Shown one piece after another: positions 37,818 to 47,405 of a stretch of 64,000 nt of DNA (positions are counted from its first letter, which is position 1; every line of letters begins with the position of its first letter). Below the pieces are notes generated by a model. It was not told the DNA's origin. It did no database searches and was given only the letters and a program-made list of their open reading frames with translations. Both the position numbers and the translations under genes were made by a program. Source of the stretch: Pelagibacteraceae bacterium AG-349-L17 (lineage in GTDB: Bacteria; Pseudomonadota; Alphaproteobacteria; Pelagibacterales; Pelagibacteraceae); contig QCDC01000006.1 of NCBI GenBank assembly GCA_003278805.1, forward strand, positions 24,646-88,645, read 5' to 3'.

Positions 37818-38243
37818 CTAAACTCTTGTTTCTTTGTTGTTATTTAATAAATCTTTCAGGCTTTTATTTTCAAAGAATGTATTTATGTGCATCTCTAATT
37901 CGTCCCATAAATTATGAGTAATGCACTTTGTGGCTTTGCCGTTGCATCCTTTTTTAGATTCTTTTTTACATTGGACAGTTTTTACTTTTTCATCAACTGC
38001 ATGAAAGATATTTGTTAATTTAATATCGTTTGGGTTTTTATTAAGAACATATCCTCCTTGAGTTCCTCTAATACTTTTAACAATTTCGTTTTTTTTTAAT
38101 TTAGAAAAAATTTGTTCTAGATAATCTAAAGATATACCTTGCCTTAAAGATATATCTCTTAGTGATACTGGGTTGATGTTATCAAACCTAGCTAAATCAA
38201 CTAATGCCATCACAGCATATCTACCTTTTGATGTAAGTTTCAT
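37818..38243 (-). CDS. Rrf2 family transcriptional regulator (IscR/SufR-like)
   Basis: [18 protein letters not shown] wHTH N-terminus and a Cys cluster [19 protein letters not shown]. It is the first gene of the suf operon. Confidence 0.85.
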   Translation of the reverse strand: MKLTSKGRYAVMALVDLARFDNINPVSLRDISLRQGISLDYLEQIFSKLKKNEIVKSIRGTQGGYVLNKNPNDIKLTNIFHAVDEKVKTVQCKKESKKGCNGKATKCITHNLWDELEMHINTFFENKSLKDLLNNNKETRV

Positions 38244-38266
38244 ATTTTACCCCTAAATTGTGAGTT

Positions 38267-38294
38267 TTTATACATACCTGACTAAAATGGTCAA
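38267..38294 (-). promoter_or_regulatory. Sigma70-like promoter of the Rrf2-suf operon
   Basis: The minus strand reads TTGACC-N16-TATAAA, followed by a 23-nt leader with SD-like AGGGG before the ATG at 38243. Confidence 0.45.
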
Positions 38295-38298
38295 GTTT
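38274..38298. promoter_or_regulatory. IscR type-1-like operator
   Basis: ATACCTGACTAAAATGGTCAAGTTT matches 23 of 25 positions of the E. coli type-1 consensus ATASYYGACTRWWWYAGTCRRSTAT (from memory). It overlaps the -35 element and spacer of the predicted promoter. Confidence 0.5.
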
Positions 38299-38381
38299 AG
38301 AGTATAAAAAAAAACTAACATATTGTCGCTGACTTATGATAAACGTACATTTTTTTTGAGAATAATAATCAATATCGCTTT

Positions 38382-39038
38382 ATGGATAATAAAATTTTAG
38401 AAATATTTATACCTGGTCCTGCAGGAAGACTTGAGGCTAAATATTATAAAAGTAAAAAAAATACATCTCCAATTGCTTTAGTATTACAACCCCATCCTCA
38501 ATATGGAGGAACTATGAATAACAAAGTAGTAGTAGATACTTTTCATACATTTATGGATAATGATTTTTCAGTTTGTAGAGTAAATTTTAGAGGTGTTGGT
38601 AAAAGCGATGGAGAATTTGATAATGGCCAGGGAGAACTTGCTGATGCTGCAGCGGCTTTAGATTGGTTAGAAAGAGAAAATTTTGACAATTCACAATGTT
38701 GGGTTTCAGGATTTTCGTTTGGATCTTTAATTGCAATGCAATTATTAATGAGAAGACCAGAAATAAACAGGTTTATAGCTATTTCACCTCAACCAAATGT
38801 TTATGATTTTTCTTTTTTATCTCCATGTCCAACTTCAGGCTTGGTTGTTTATGGTAAAAAAGATGAATTGGTACCAGTAGAATACATTACAGAGTTAGAT
38901 AAAAGATTAAGTGCTCAAAAAGGAATTAAAGTAGAATTTAATGCAATATCTGAGGCTAATCATTTCTTTTCAAAAACAAGTGATGCTTTAATTAAGCATC
39001 TTGATAAATATATAAAAAAAGAAACAGCGCTTTATTAA
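38382..39038 (+). CDS. Alpha/beta hydrolase (COG2945-like)
   Basis: Nucleophile elbow GFSFGS, NFRGVGKSDG, and a 218-aa length typical of this small hydrolase family. Confidence 0.7.
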   Translation: MDNKILEIFIPGPAGRLEAKYYKSKKNTSPIALVLQPHPQYGGTMNNKVVVDTFHTFMDNDFSVCRVNFRGVGKSDGEFDNGQGELADAAAALDWLERENFDNSQCWVSGFSFGSLIAMQLLMRRPEINRFIAISPQPNVYDFSFLSPCPTSGLVVYGKKDELVPVEYITELDKRLSAQKGIKVEFNAISEANHFFSKTSDALIKHLDKYIKKETALY

Positions 39039-40177
39039 AAATTTTCTACAAGTTTTCCACCCACGGTAAAGTCTTTACATCCAGTTGTTGTACTAAAAGA
39101 AATTGGTAAATTTAAAAAAGACCTTATGGCTAAAAATGCAAATGCTTGGGATTCAATGTAATCACCATTTAAATTATAATTATCTATAATTTCCAAAGTA
39201 ATATTATTTTCATTTAATATGTAATTTTTTATACGATTAATTAAATTACTATTTTTTCTACCACCACCACAGAGTAAAAATGTAATACTTTTTTTTTGAC
39301 TAACATGTTTTAATCCTTCTGTAATCAAATATGCTGTAAAATCTGTTATAGTAGCACAACCATCTTCTAAAGATAATCCTCTTGCAAATGATACATCAAA
39401 ATTTTTAATATCCAATGACTGTGAGTAAGAATTTATTTTAAAATTATCTATTGCCTGATTTAAAATTAATTGATCAATTTTCCCTGCGTTAGCTAATTCA
39501 CCATTTTTATCAAATTTTTTATTAGAATTATTTCTTACCCATTCATCAATTAAACAATTACCAGGGCCTATATCAAACGCAGAAAGGTTATTTTGAAAAT
39601 TATCCGAGTCATTAACAACTTTTGTAACATTTGCGATACCACCAATATTCAAGAAGCCTAATGGAAAATTAATATTAAAATTTTGATTGATTTTTTTTGT
39701 TAAAATATGATGAAAAATTGGTGTTAAGGGTGCGCCTTGACCATTATTTTGAATATCTGCTTGTCTAAAATCATATATAACTTTTTTTTTGACTATTTGA
39801 GATAGCAATTTCCCATCTCCTAATTGATTGGTAATTTTCTCATTTGGGTTATGAAAAATTGTTTGACCATGAAAACCTATCAAATCAATGGGATCTCTAT
39901 ATTTTTTTAATGATTGATTAACTGCATCAGCATGAAAAAGAGTTAAATTACGCTCTAATTCTCTCAATTTTTCTGAATTTTGTAAAAGATCTTTCTTTGT
40001 TAAAACTAAATCTCTTAATCGAACTAACTGATCCTGAAGGTTTTTATCATACTCATAATAATCATCTAAAATGTTTGAAAATTCATCGTATCCATCTGAA
40101 CTAATTATAGATAAATCAATACCATCCATAGATGTTCCGCTCATTAGTCCAATTGCAGTATATAATTTTTTTTTCAT
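39035..40177 (-). CDS. anmK: Anhydro-N-acetylmuramic acid kinase
   Basis: GLMSGTSMDGID N-terminus, FHGQT and NIGGIAN motifs. Confidence 0.85.
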   Translation of the reverse strand: MKKKLYTAIGLMSGTSMDGIDLSIISSDGYDEFSNILDDYYEYDKNLQDQLVRLRDLVLTKKDLLQNSEKLRELERNLTLFHADAVNQSLKKYRDPIDLIGFHGQTIFHNPNEKITNQLGDGKLLSQIVKKKVIYDFRQADIQNNGQGAPLTPIFHHILTKKINQNFNINFPLGFLNIGGIANVTKVVNDSDNFQNNLSAFDIGPGNCLIDEWVRNNSNKKFDKNGELANAGKIDQLILNQAIDNFKINSYSQSLDIKNFDVSFARGLSLEDGCATITDFTAYLITEGLKHVSQKKSITFLLCGGGRKNSNLINRIKNYILNENNITLEIIDNYNLNGDYIESQAFAFLAIRSFLNLPISFSTTTGCKDFTVGGKLVENF

Positions 40178-40222
40178 TGATATGTTTTTTAAAAAAAATT
40201 TGTATATTGTAACTATAAACTT

Positions 40223-41452
40223 ATGAATAAATTTTTAAAAGAATTTAAAGATAGAGGTTTTTTCTATCAATGCACAAGTGAAGATGAACTATCTACACAA
40301 TTAGATGAAGAAAAGATAAAAGGCTACATAGGTTTTGATTGTACAGCTGAAAGCTTACATGTGGGTAGCTTACTTCAAATAATGTGTTTACGACTACTTC
40401 AAAAAAATGGACATCGACCAATAGTTTTACTTGGTGGTGGAACTACAAGAATTGGGGATCCATCTGGTAAAGATAAAACTAGAAAAATATTAAGTGAGGA
40501 TGAGATTGAAAAAAATATTAAAAATATCAAAAATATTTTAAAAAAATTTTTAGATAATGATGATCCGAATACAAAGCCAATATTTGTAAACAATTATACT
40601 TGGCTTAAAGATTTAAATTATATTTCATTTTTGAGAGATATCGGAAAACATTTCACTATAAATAGAATGTTAACATTTGATAGTGTAAAACTCAGATTAG
40701 ATAGAGAACAATCTCTAAGCTATATGGAGTTTAATTATATGATTTTACAAGCATATGATTTTCTTGAATTAAATAAGAAAGAAAATTGTGTCTTACAAAT
40801 CGGAGGTTCAGATCAATGGGGAAACATCGTTAATGGTGTTGAGCTAATTAAAAGATATTCTAATAATCAAACCTTTGGTTTAACAACTCCATTAATTACA
40901 CTAGCAACTGGTGCTAAAATGGGAAAAACCGAAAGTGGGGCTATTTGGTTAGATGAAAAATACTTATCAGCTTATGATTATTGGCAATTTTGGAGAAACA
41001 TAGATGATAGAGATGTAATTAAATTTTTAAAAATGTTTACTGAAATTGAAATTAAGGAAATAGAAACAATTAAAGATAAAGATATAAATGAATTAAAAAT
41101 ACTACTTGCTAATAAAACCACAGAAATGTTACATGGAAAGGAAGCAGCTAAAAATTCTGAGCAAGCAGCAAAAGAGGCTTTCTCGGGAAACACTCTGGGT
41201 TCAAACTTACCTAAAGTTAATATTCAATCAAATAAAATAGAAGAAAAAATAAATATAATAGACCTTGTTTTATTATCTAAACTAGAAAACTCGAAAAGCG
41301 AAATCAGAAGGCTTATTAAAGGGAATGCGATTAAAATAAATGAAGATGTTATTTCGGATGAAAAATTCGAAATAAATAAAAATTTATTTAAAAATAATTA
41401 TCTTAAACTTTCCCTTGGAAAAAAAAGACATATAAAAATAGAATTAAATTAA
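40223..41452 (+). CDS. tyrS: Tyrosine--tRNA ligase
   Basis: HIGH-type LHVGSL, KMSKS-type KMGKTESG, GGSDQWGN, and a C-terminal S4-like domain. Confidence 0.95.
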   Translation: MNKFLKEFKDRGFFYQCTSEDELSTQLDEEKIKGYIGFDCTAESLHVGSLLQIMCLRLLQKNGHRPIVLLGGGTTRIGDPSGKDKTRKILSEDEIEKNIKNIKNILKKFLDNDDPNTKPIFVNNYTWLKDLNYISFLRDIGKHFTINRMLTFDSVKLRLDREQSLSYMEFNYMILQAYDFLELNKKENCVLQIGGSDQWGNIVNGVELIKRYSNNQTFGLTTPLITLATGAKMGKTESGAIWLDEKYLSAYDYWQFWRNIDDRDVIKFLKMFTEIEIKEIETIKDKDINELKILLANKTTEMLHGKEAAKNSEQAAKEAFSGNTLGSNLPKVNIQSNKIEEKINIIDLVLLSKLENSKSEIRRLIKGNAIKINEDVISDEKFEINKNLFKNNYLKLSLGKKRHIKIELN

Positions 41453-43878
41453 TTTTTTTTTATTTTCTCTAAAGTTCTAGTAATAAACCTGGGTGTTAAA
41501 GTTTTTATAGGATTTACAGTAGTTTCTAAATCATTAGGAGAACCTTTAATTTTAAAGCTAACTCCAAAAACACCATCACCCACTTTCTTTCCAATCAATA
41601 AATCTCCTAGCAAGGGTATTGAGGCAATAGATCTGTTGATTGTTGTCGCTGGAACCAAGGTTCCTCTTAAACTGATTAATTCATCATCCTCGATATATCC
41701 ATCTAATAAAATAGATATTGCTGGACCAATTGCATATAGCTCTTGAATTCTCATAAGTTTATCCTCGTTAGTAAAATTCATCTCGAAGTCTGTAAATCTA
41801 ATTCCTTCTCCAGTTAGTACATCTGCAACACCTTGTAGAGATGCAAGAGCTAATAACTTTGCTAATGCAGGAATTTCTTTTACTTTAAAATTATCAATAA
41901 CCAACTTGGAAGTTGAAACTCCGTCTTTTTTTAGAGATGAGAAATCTAAATATCCTTCTTTACCATCTTCAAAACCTTTAATGAATTTATATCTATCTAC
42001 AAGGGGTTTTGCCTTAGATGAGAAAATAGTGGTAATTTTTTCACCTTGATCATTTGTTCTAGTTGTAAATTTTATATTTTGTGAGTTGTTATAAAAAGCC
42101 AAAATATCTGCTTCTTCTACTTTATTATTAAAAATATTTATATTTCCTTTTAAATCCTTAACAAAGTGTATTTTATCAAAGTAAACTTTTTCAAAATTTA
42201 AGTTTATACTTATATTATTTTCAAAAATTTTGTTTTCTTTTTTATCATCGGCATGTAGTAAATTCGAAATTAAAGAATTTGCATTAAATGAAATGCCATT
42301 AATTAAATAATTTTGACCTTCTACTTTTTTTATATTGTAATTATTTTTTTTATTTTTTGTATCTAAATAGTTAAAACTTGCCTTATCAATTTTTATTATT
42401 TGATTAGTATCATTGAGAGACAAATTCGTAATTTTAATATTATTATTTTCTTCATTAATAATAAAATTATTAATATTTAAATTTTTATTATTTTTAAGTT
42501 CTCCATTAATTAAAAGATTCATTTTACTTTTATCTTTTTTTTCATAATTAATATTATCAATTTTGAATTTTGTATTTTTTATGTTTAAATTAGAATTAAA
42601 ACTTATTTTGTTTTCTTTTTTCTCAATAAAATAATCAATTTCTTCAAAATCTTTATCGATTTTAAATTTTCCAGAACCTGAAAAAGTTAATTTATTATTT
42701 TTAAAATTAATTTTTAATTTTTGATTATTAAAATTAATATTTTTATTTATTATAGGGAAAAAAAATTTAAAAAAATCTTGTTGCTTTAAAACTATATTTT
42801 TTAAAGATAATTCTGAGTCTATACTTAAATTTTTATCTTTTTTATTTATTGAATATTTAATTTCATCTACTTTGTCAAAATTTAACTGGATTTGACCCTC
42901 ACCGTTAATTGATAAATTATTGTCTTTATAATTTAAATTCAATTTATGATTATCGAGTAAAATTAAGTCATCAACTTCTGAAAAATAATTATCAATTATT
43001 TTTAATTTTTTATATTTTAGCTGAGTAATATTTATGTCAGAACTTAATACAATATTTTTAACTTTGAATTTTTCATCTATTTCTAAAGAAAATTCATTAT
43101 TTGTTTTAAATTTAGCTTCATCAATAATTATATTTTCAAAACTTAAATTTAATAATTTTAATATATTTGAATTTAAACTTGATTGACCGTTTTCAACAAT
43201 AGCATCAACTAAAAAAATATTTTTTTTCTTTTTTATGTTTAATTTTTTCGAAGTAAAATTTACTTTTTCTGCTTTAAAATTTATCTCATTAAAAAGATAA
43301 TTATCTTTTTGAAAATTAAAATTAAAATTTATATTCTTTAAATTAGCCTTATTTAAAAAATTAATACTTGCATCTTTAATTAAACCCACGATTTCATAAT
43401 CATTTTTAATTTTTCCATTTTCATCTATGTTCAAACTCAAATCTATAATTACATGACCTTTTTTTACAATTTTTTCTAATATAAATAATTGAGGCTTATT
43501 GTTTGTAGTCCGCATAAATTTAATTAAATCATTTAATAATATAGACTTAGTTTTTACCTCTATATTTGATGACGAAATCTTATTTTTAATTAAAGAACTC
43601 AGCGAAACTTGCGTTTTAATACTTTCTAGTGCTAAAGGTCTTTTTAAAAAATATACTGTTGTACCAACTGTTTTTGCATATATTTTTAGTTTAAAAGGAT
43701 CTAAAGTTAATTTAATTTTTTTTAAATCTATATCTATCTTTTTATTTATTTGTGAAATTCTTTTTTTAATTTGATCATTAAAATTGTCTGTCTCTATGCC
43801 TACAGTACTAAGATAAACTGTCAAAATAATTAACACTGACAGAGGCAGAATAAAATATTTTAAAATATTATTTTTCAT
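41449..43878 (-). CDS. AsmA/YhdP-like large envelope protein (N-terminal anchor, AsmA-like C-terminus)
   Basis: N-terminal TM LPLSVLIILTVYL, a very N/K/I-rich repetitive beta-rich body, and C-terminal GVFGVSFKIKGSPNDLETTVNPIKTLTPRF resembling the AsmA_2/YhdP C-terminal motif. Confidence 0.55.
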   Translation of the reverse strand: MKNNILKYFILPLSVLIILTVYLSTVGIETDNFNDQIKKRISQINKKIDIDLKKIKLTLDPFKLKIYAKTVGTTVYFLKRPLALESIKTQVSLSSLIKNKISSSNIEVKTKSILLNDLIKFMRTTNNKPQLFILEKIVKKGHVIIDLSLNIDENGKIKNDYEIVGLIKDASINFLNKANLKNINFNFNFQKDNYLFNEINFKAEKVNFTSKKLNIKKKKNIFLVDAIVENGQSSLNSNILKLLNLSFENIIIDEAKFKTNNEFSLEIDEKFKVKNIVLSSDINITQLKYKKLKIIDNYFSEVDDLILLDNHKLNLNYKDNNLSINGEGQIQLNFDKVDEIKYSINKKDKNLSIDSELSLKNIVLKQQDFFKFFFPIINKNINFNNQKLKINFKNNKLTFSGSGKFKIDKDFEEIDYFIEKKENKISFNSNLNIKNTKFKIDNINYEKKDKSKMNLLINGELKNNKNLNINNFIINEENNNIKITNLSLNDTNQIIKIDKASFNYLDTKNKKNNYNIKKVEGQNYLINGISFNANSLISNLLHADDKKENKIFENNISINLNFEKVYFDKIHFVKDLKGNINIFNNKVEEADILAFYNNSQNIKFTTRTNDQGEKITTIFSSKAKPLVDRYKFIKGFEDGKEGYLDFSSLKKDGVSTSKLVIDNFKVKEIPALAKLLALASLQGVADVLTGEGIRFTDFEMNFTNEDKLMRIQELYAIGPAISILLDGYIEDDELISLRGTLVPATTINRSIASIPLLGDLLIGKKVGDGVFGVSFKIKGSPNDLETTVNPIKTLTPRFITRTLEKIKKN

Positions 43879-44969
43879 TTAATTTATAAAGTGATTGTTC
43901 TAAAAATTCATCGATATCACCATCTAATACTTTATCAGGACTAGTGCTTTCAAAATTAGTTCTGTTATCTTTTACGAGTCTGTAAGGTTGAAGAATATAT
44001 GATCTAATTTGATGACCCCATCCTATTTCTGATTTAGAACTTTCAATATTTTGATTTTCTTCCTCTCTTTTTTTTATTTCAAAATCATATAATCTTGCTC
44101 TCAACATATTCATGCATGTTTCTTTATTTTTATGTTGAGATCTTTCATTTTGACATTGAACAACAATTTTTGATGGAATGTGTGTTATTCTAACTGCACT
44201 ATCAGTAGTGTTTACATGCTGGCCACCGGCACCACTGGAGCGATAGGTGTCTATTCTTAAATCTTTTTCTAAAATTTCAATATTTATATTTTCATCTACA
44301 ACTGGATAAATCCAAACACTTGCAAAACTTGTGTGCCTTCTTGCTCCAGAATCAAATGGAGATATCCTCACTAATCTATGTATTCCCGATTCTTTTTTTA
44401 ACCATCCAAAAGCATAATCACCATCTATTTTAATTGTTGCAGATTTTATTCCAGCTTCGTCACCTCTATGTTCACTAATCAAACTTGATTTAAAATTTTT
44501 TTTATCAGACCATTTTAAATACATTCTTCTTAGCATATCAGCCCAATCTTGACTTTCTGTACCTCCAGCACCTGCGTGTATTTCTATGTAACAATTTAAA
44601 GGGTCTGCTTCATTAGATAAGAAACATTTAATTTCATTTTTTTTAACTTCACTTCTTAAGTCTTTTAGATTTTGTAGAACTTCTTTTTGAACTTGTAAAT
44701 TCTCTTCTTCAAGTGCAAGTTGATTCAAATCATTTAAATCTTTTAGTTTTTCAACATTGTTACTTAAAGAATTAATTAAATCTTCATAAAATTTCTTTTC
44801 TTTGATTACTCTTTGAGAGTTATTTTTATCTTGCCAAAAATTGGCACTCAGCATTTGTGAATTTAAAGATTGCAGTTTTAAATGTATATTATTTTTTTCA
44901 AAGATACTCCTGTATTTTTTTATTTATCTTTTCAACCTCTTCTTTAAAATTTTGATAATTGCTATCCAT
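43868..44969 (-). CDS. prfB: Peptide chain release factor 2, expressed through a programmed +1 frameshift
   Basis: The main frame 43868..44854 has SPF (RISPFD) and GGQ (SGAGGQHVN). The 23-codon leader from the ATG at 44969 ends at an in-frame TGA within CTT TGA A. A +1 shift joins the two frames. Confidence 0.9.
44898..44912 (-). promoter_or_regulatory. prfB frameshift/autoregulatory site
   Basis: The minus strand reads CAG GAG TAT CTT TGA: an SD-like GGAG, a 3-nt spacer, slippery CTT, and UGA at 44900..44898. Confidence 0.85.
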
Positions 44970-47305
44970 TAGTAAAACTTTAATATATTATTTGAATCTA
45001 ATCTATCTGAATTTGAATAAAGTACTTTTCCATTAACCACATTTTCTTCTTTAAAAACCTCTATAATAGTATTCTTTGAGTTAAATTTTGCTTTTTGACC
45101 TGTTAAAGGATCAACAACCATCATCACTGTTCCTTTAGCAGCTTTAAATGGTCTTGCATCATATTTATTAACAGAATCACTTATAAAACTTTTAAATATT
45201 GGCAAAGCAGTTTTAGATCCTGTTTCATATTTTCCTAATGGAGTTGGGTTATCTGAACCAACATAAACACCAACTAATATATTTGAGGTAAAGCCTATAA
45301 ACCAAGTATCTGTATTTTTATTTGTTGTTCCGGTTTTACCTGCAATATTTAAATTTAAGTCTTTTAGTTTTTTAGCCGTACCTCTTTGAACAACCCCCTC
45401 TAAAATTGACGTCATTTGAAAAGCTGTTTCTGGAGAAAAAATTTGCATATAGTTATTTTTAATCTCAGGATAATCGTTGGTTAAATAAGAAATTTGATCA
45501 CAATTAATACATTTTCTTTTATCATTATTAAAAATAGTATTTCCCTCACTGTCTTGAATTCTGTCTATCAATATTGGTTCAACAAGTTTTCCTCCATTAA
45601 CAAAAACTGAATAAGCAGATGTAAGTTTTAACAAAGTTGTTTCAGCAGATCCTAAAGATATAGATAAAAGTTCTTCTGGATTATCATAAATTTTTAATGC
45701 TTTTGAAAAATCAACTACTTTCTCTACACCAAGATTTTGAGCTATTCTTACTGTCATTAAATTTCTAGATTTCTCCAAGCCTACCCTTAAAGTCGATGGC
45801 CCATAAAATTTCTTTCCATAATTTTCTGGTTTCCACATTTTTAAATCATCTCCTTGGTCTAAAACTAGTGGCGCATCTAGTACTAATGATGTTGGTGTAA
45901 AATTATTCTCTAAGGCTAATGCATAAACAAATGGTTTAAAAGCTGATCCAGGCTGTCTTTTAGCTTGAGTTGCTCTGTTAAATTCACTTTGTTTAAAACT
46001 AAAGCCACCACTTAATGCTAAAATTCTACCAGTATATGGATCCATCACAACAATTCCGCCATTTATCTTTGGTAATTGTTGTAAGTTAAAAATATTTTCC
46101 TTGAGATTTTTAACATAAATAATATCACCAGGCTTTAATAATTTATTAAATTCTTTTTTTGTCCAAGAAATACTCTGATATTCAATAACACCTTCGATAT
46201 TATCTTGTGTTTCTATTTCTGCTGAAAATTTATTTATTTTTTTGACTATTGCTAATTTCCAATTAATTGAATTTTCTAATTTATACTTTTCTAAATCTTT
46301 TTTCCATTCTGAATTATAAATCTTGTTAGTAAGTGGTCCTCTCCAACCCTTTCTTTTATCATATGCTATTAATCCATCTCTAAGTGATTTTGTTGCAATT
46401 GTTTGTAAATTTAAATCTATTGGAGTATTAATATTAAAACCTTGTTTATAAACTTTATCATAGCTCAATGTTTCAATTACACCCTTTCTGACATCTTCAA
46501 TAAAATATTGAGCATCTTCTAAATAAATTTTTTTATTTTTTTTTAAAATTATTTCCTCTTTTGTAAGTTTTTCATACCACTCTAAAGTTAAATAATCATT
46601 ATCAAACAAATTTTTTAAAACTAAATTTCTTCTAAATTTTGCTATATCTGGATCTTTATAAGGATTATATCTACTAGGTGCTTTTGGCAAAGCTGCTAAT
46701 AAAGCAGCTTCTGAGTAATTTAAATCTTTAATAGATTTATCAAAATATTCTAAGCTTGCTGCAGCTACTCCATATGCTCCACTTCCAAGATAAATTTGGT
46801 TTAGATAAAGTTCTAAAATTCTTTCTTTGGATAAAGCTCTCTCTATTCTAAAAGCTAGAATTGCTTCCTTAATTTTCCTATTTAAACTTACTTCATTTGT
46901 TAGTAAAAAATTTTTTGCTACCTGTTGGGTAATTGTAGATGCTCCCTCTAACCTTTTAGATGATAAAATATTTGAAATATTATTTATTACAGCTCTAATA
47001 ACACCTTTAGCATCGACGCCTGGATGTTTGAAAAAATTTTTATCTTCTGCAGATAAAAATGCGTTAATTACATTTTTTGGAATTGAATTATATGGAACAA
47101 ACACTCTTTTTTCCTGTGAAAAATCTGCCACTAAATCACCATTACCAGAATAAACTTTACTGGAAACAGGTGGTTTGTAACTTTTAAGAAATTTATAATC
47201 CGGTAAATCGTTAGAATAAGTCCATAAAACACTTATTATCAAAATTGCTGATAATAGAATAAAAGAAGTAATTAAAATAAAGATATTTTTAAAAAATTTA
47301 TTCAT
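44969..47305 (-). CDS. mrcA: Penicillin-binding protein 1A (bifunctional transglycosylase/transpeptidase)
   Basis: GT51 motifs EDKNFFKHPGVD and ITQQVAKN. Transpeptidase motifs SAFKP and KTGTT. Confidence 0.9.
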   Translation of the reverse strand: MNKFFKNIFILITSFILLSAILIISVLWTYSNDLPDYKFLKSYKPPVSSKVYSGNGDLVADFSQEKRVFVPYNSIPKNVINAFLSAEDKNFFKHPGVDAKGVIRAVINNISNILSSKRLEGASTITQQVAKNFLLTNEVSLNRKIKEAILAFRIERALSKERILELYLNQIYLGSGAYGVAAASLEYFDKSIKDLNYSEAALLAALPKAPSRYNPYKDPDIAKFRRNLVLKNLFDNDYLTLEWYEKLTKEEIILKKNKKIYLEDAQYFIEDVRKGVIETLSYDKVYKQGFNINTPIDLNLQTIATKSLRDGLIAYDKRKGWRGPLTNKIYNSEWKKDLEKYKLENSINWKLAIVKKINKFSAEIETQDNIEGVIEYQSISWTKKEFNKLLKPGDIIYVKNLKENIFNLQQLPKINGGIVVMDPYTGRILALSGGFSFKQSEFNRATQAKRQPGSAFKPFVYALALENNFTPTSLVLDAPLVLDQGDDLKMWKPENYGKKFYGPSTLRVGLEKSRNLMTVRIAQNLGVEKVVDFSKALKIYDNPEELLSISLGSAETTLLKLTSAYSVFVNGGKLVEPILIDRIQDSEGNTIFNNDKRKCINCDQISYLTNDYPEIKNNYMQIFSPETAFQMTSILEGVVQRGTAKKLKDLNLNIAGKTGTTNKNTDTWFIGFTSNILVGVYVGSDNPTPLGKYETGSKTALPIFKSFISDSVNKYDARPFKAAKGTVMMVVDPLTGQKAKFNSKNTIIEVFKEENVVNGKVLYSNSDRLDSNNILKFY

Positions 47306-47405
47306 TTTAATTTCATTATATCTTGGAATTTGTTAAAGATATGGCAAGAAAATTAAACAAAATTTTAAAAATTAATTTACAAATGAAATTAACATTCACA
47401 AAATT

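Noticed and set aside
42200-43400. Highly repetitive A/T-rich stretch, checked as a possible CRISPR or tandem-repeat array.
   Set aside because: There is no regular repeat-spacer periodicity or exact repeats. It is uninterrupted coding sequence of the N/K-rich AsmA-like ORF.
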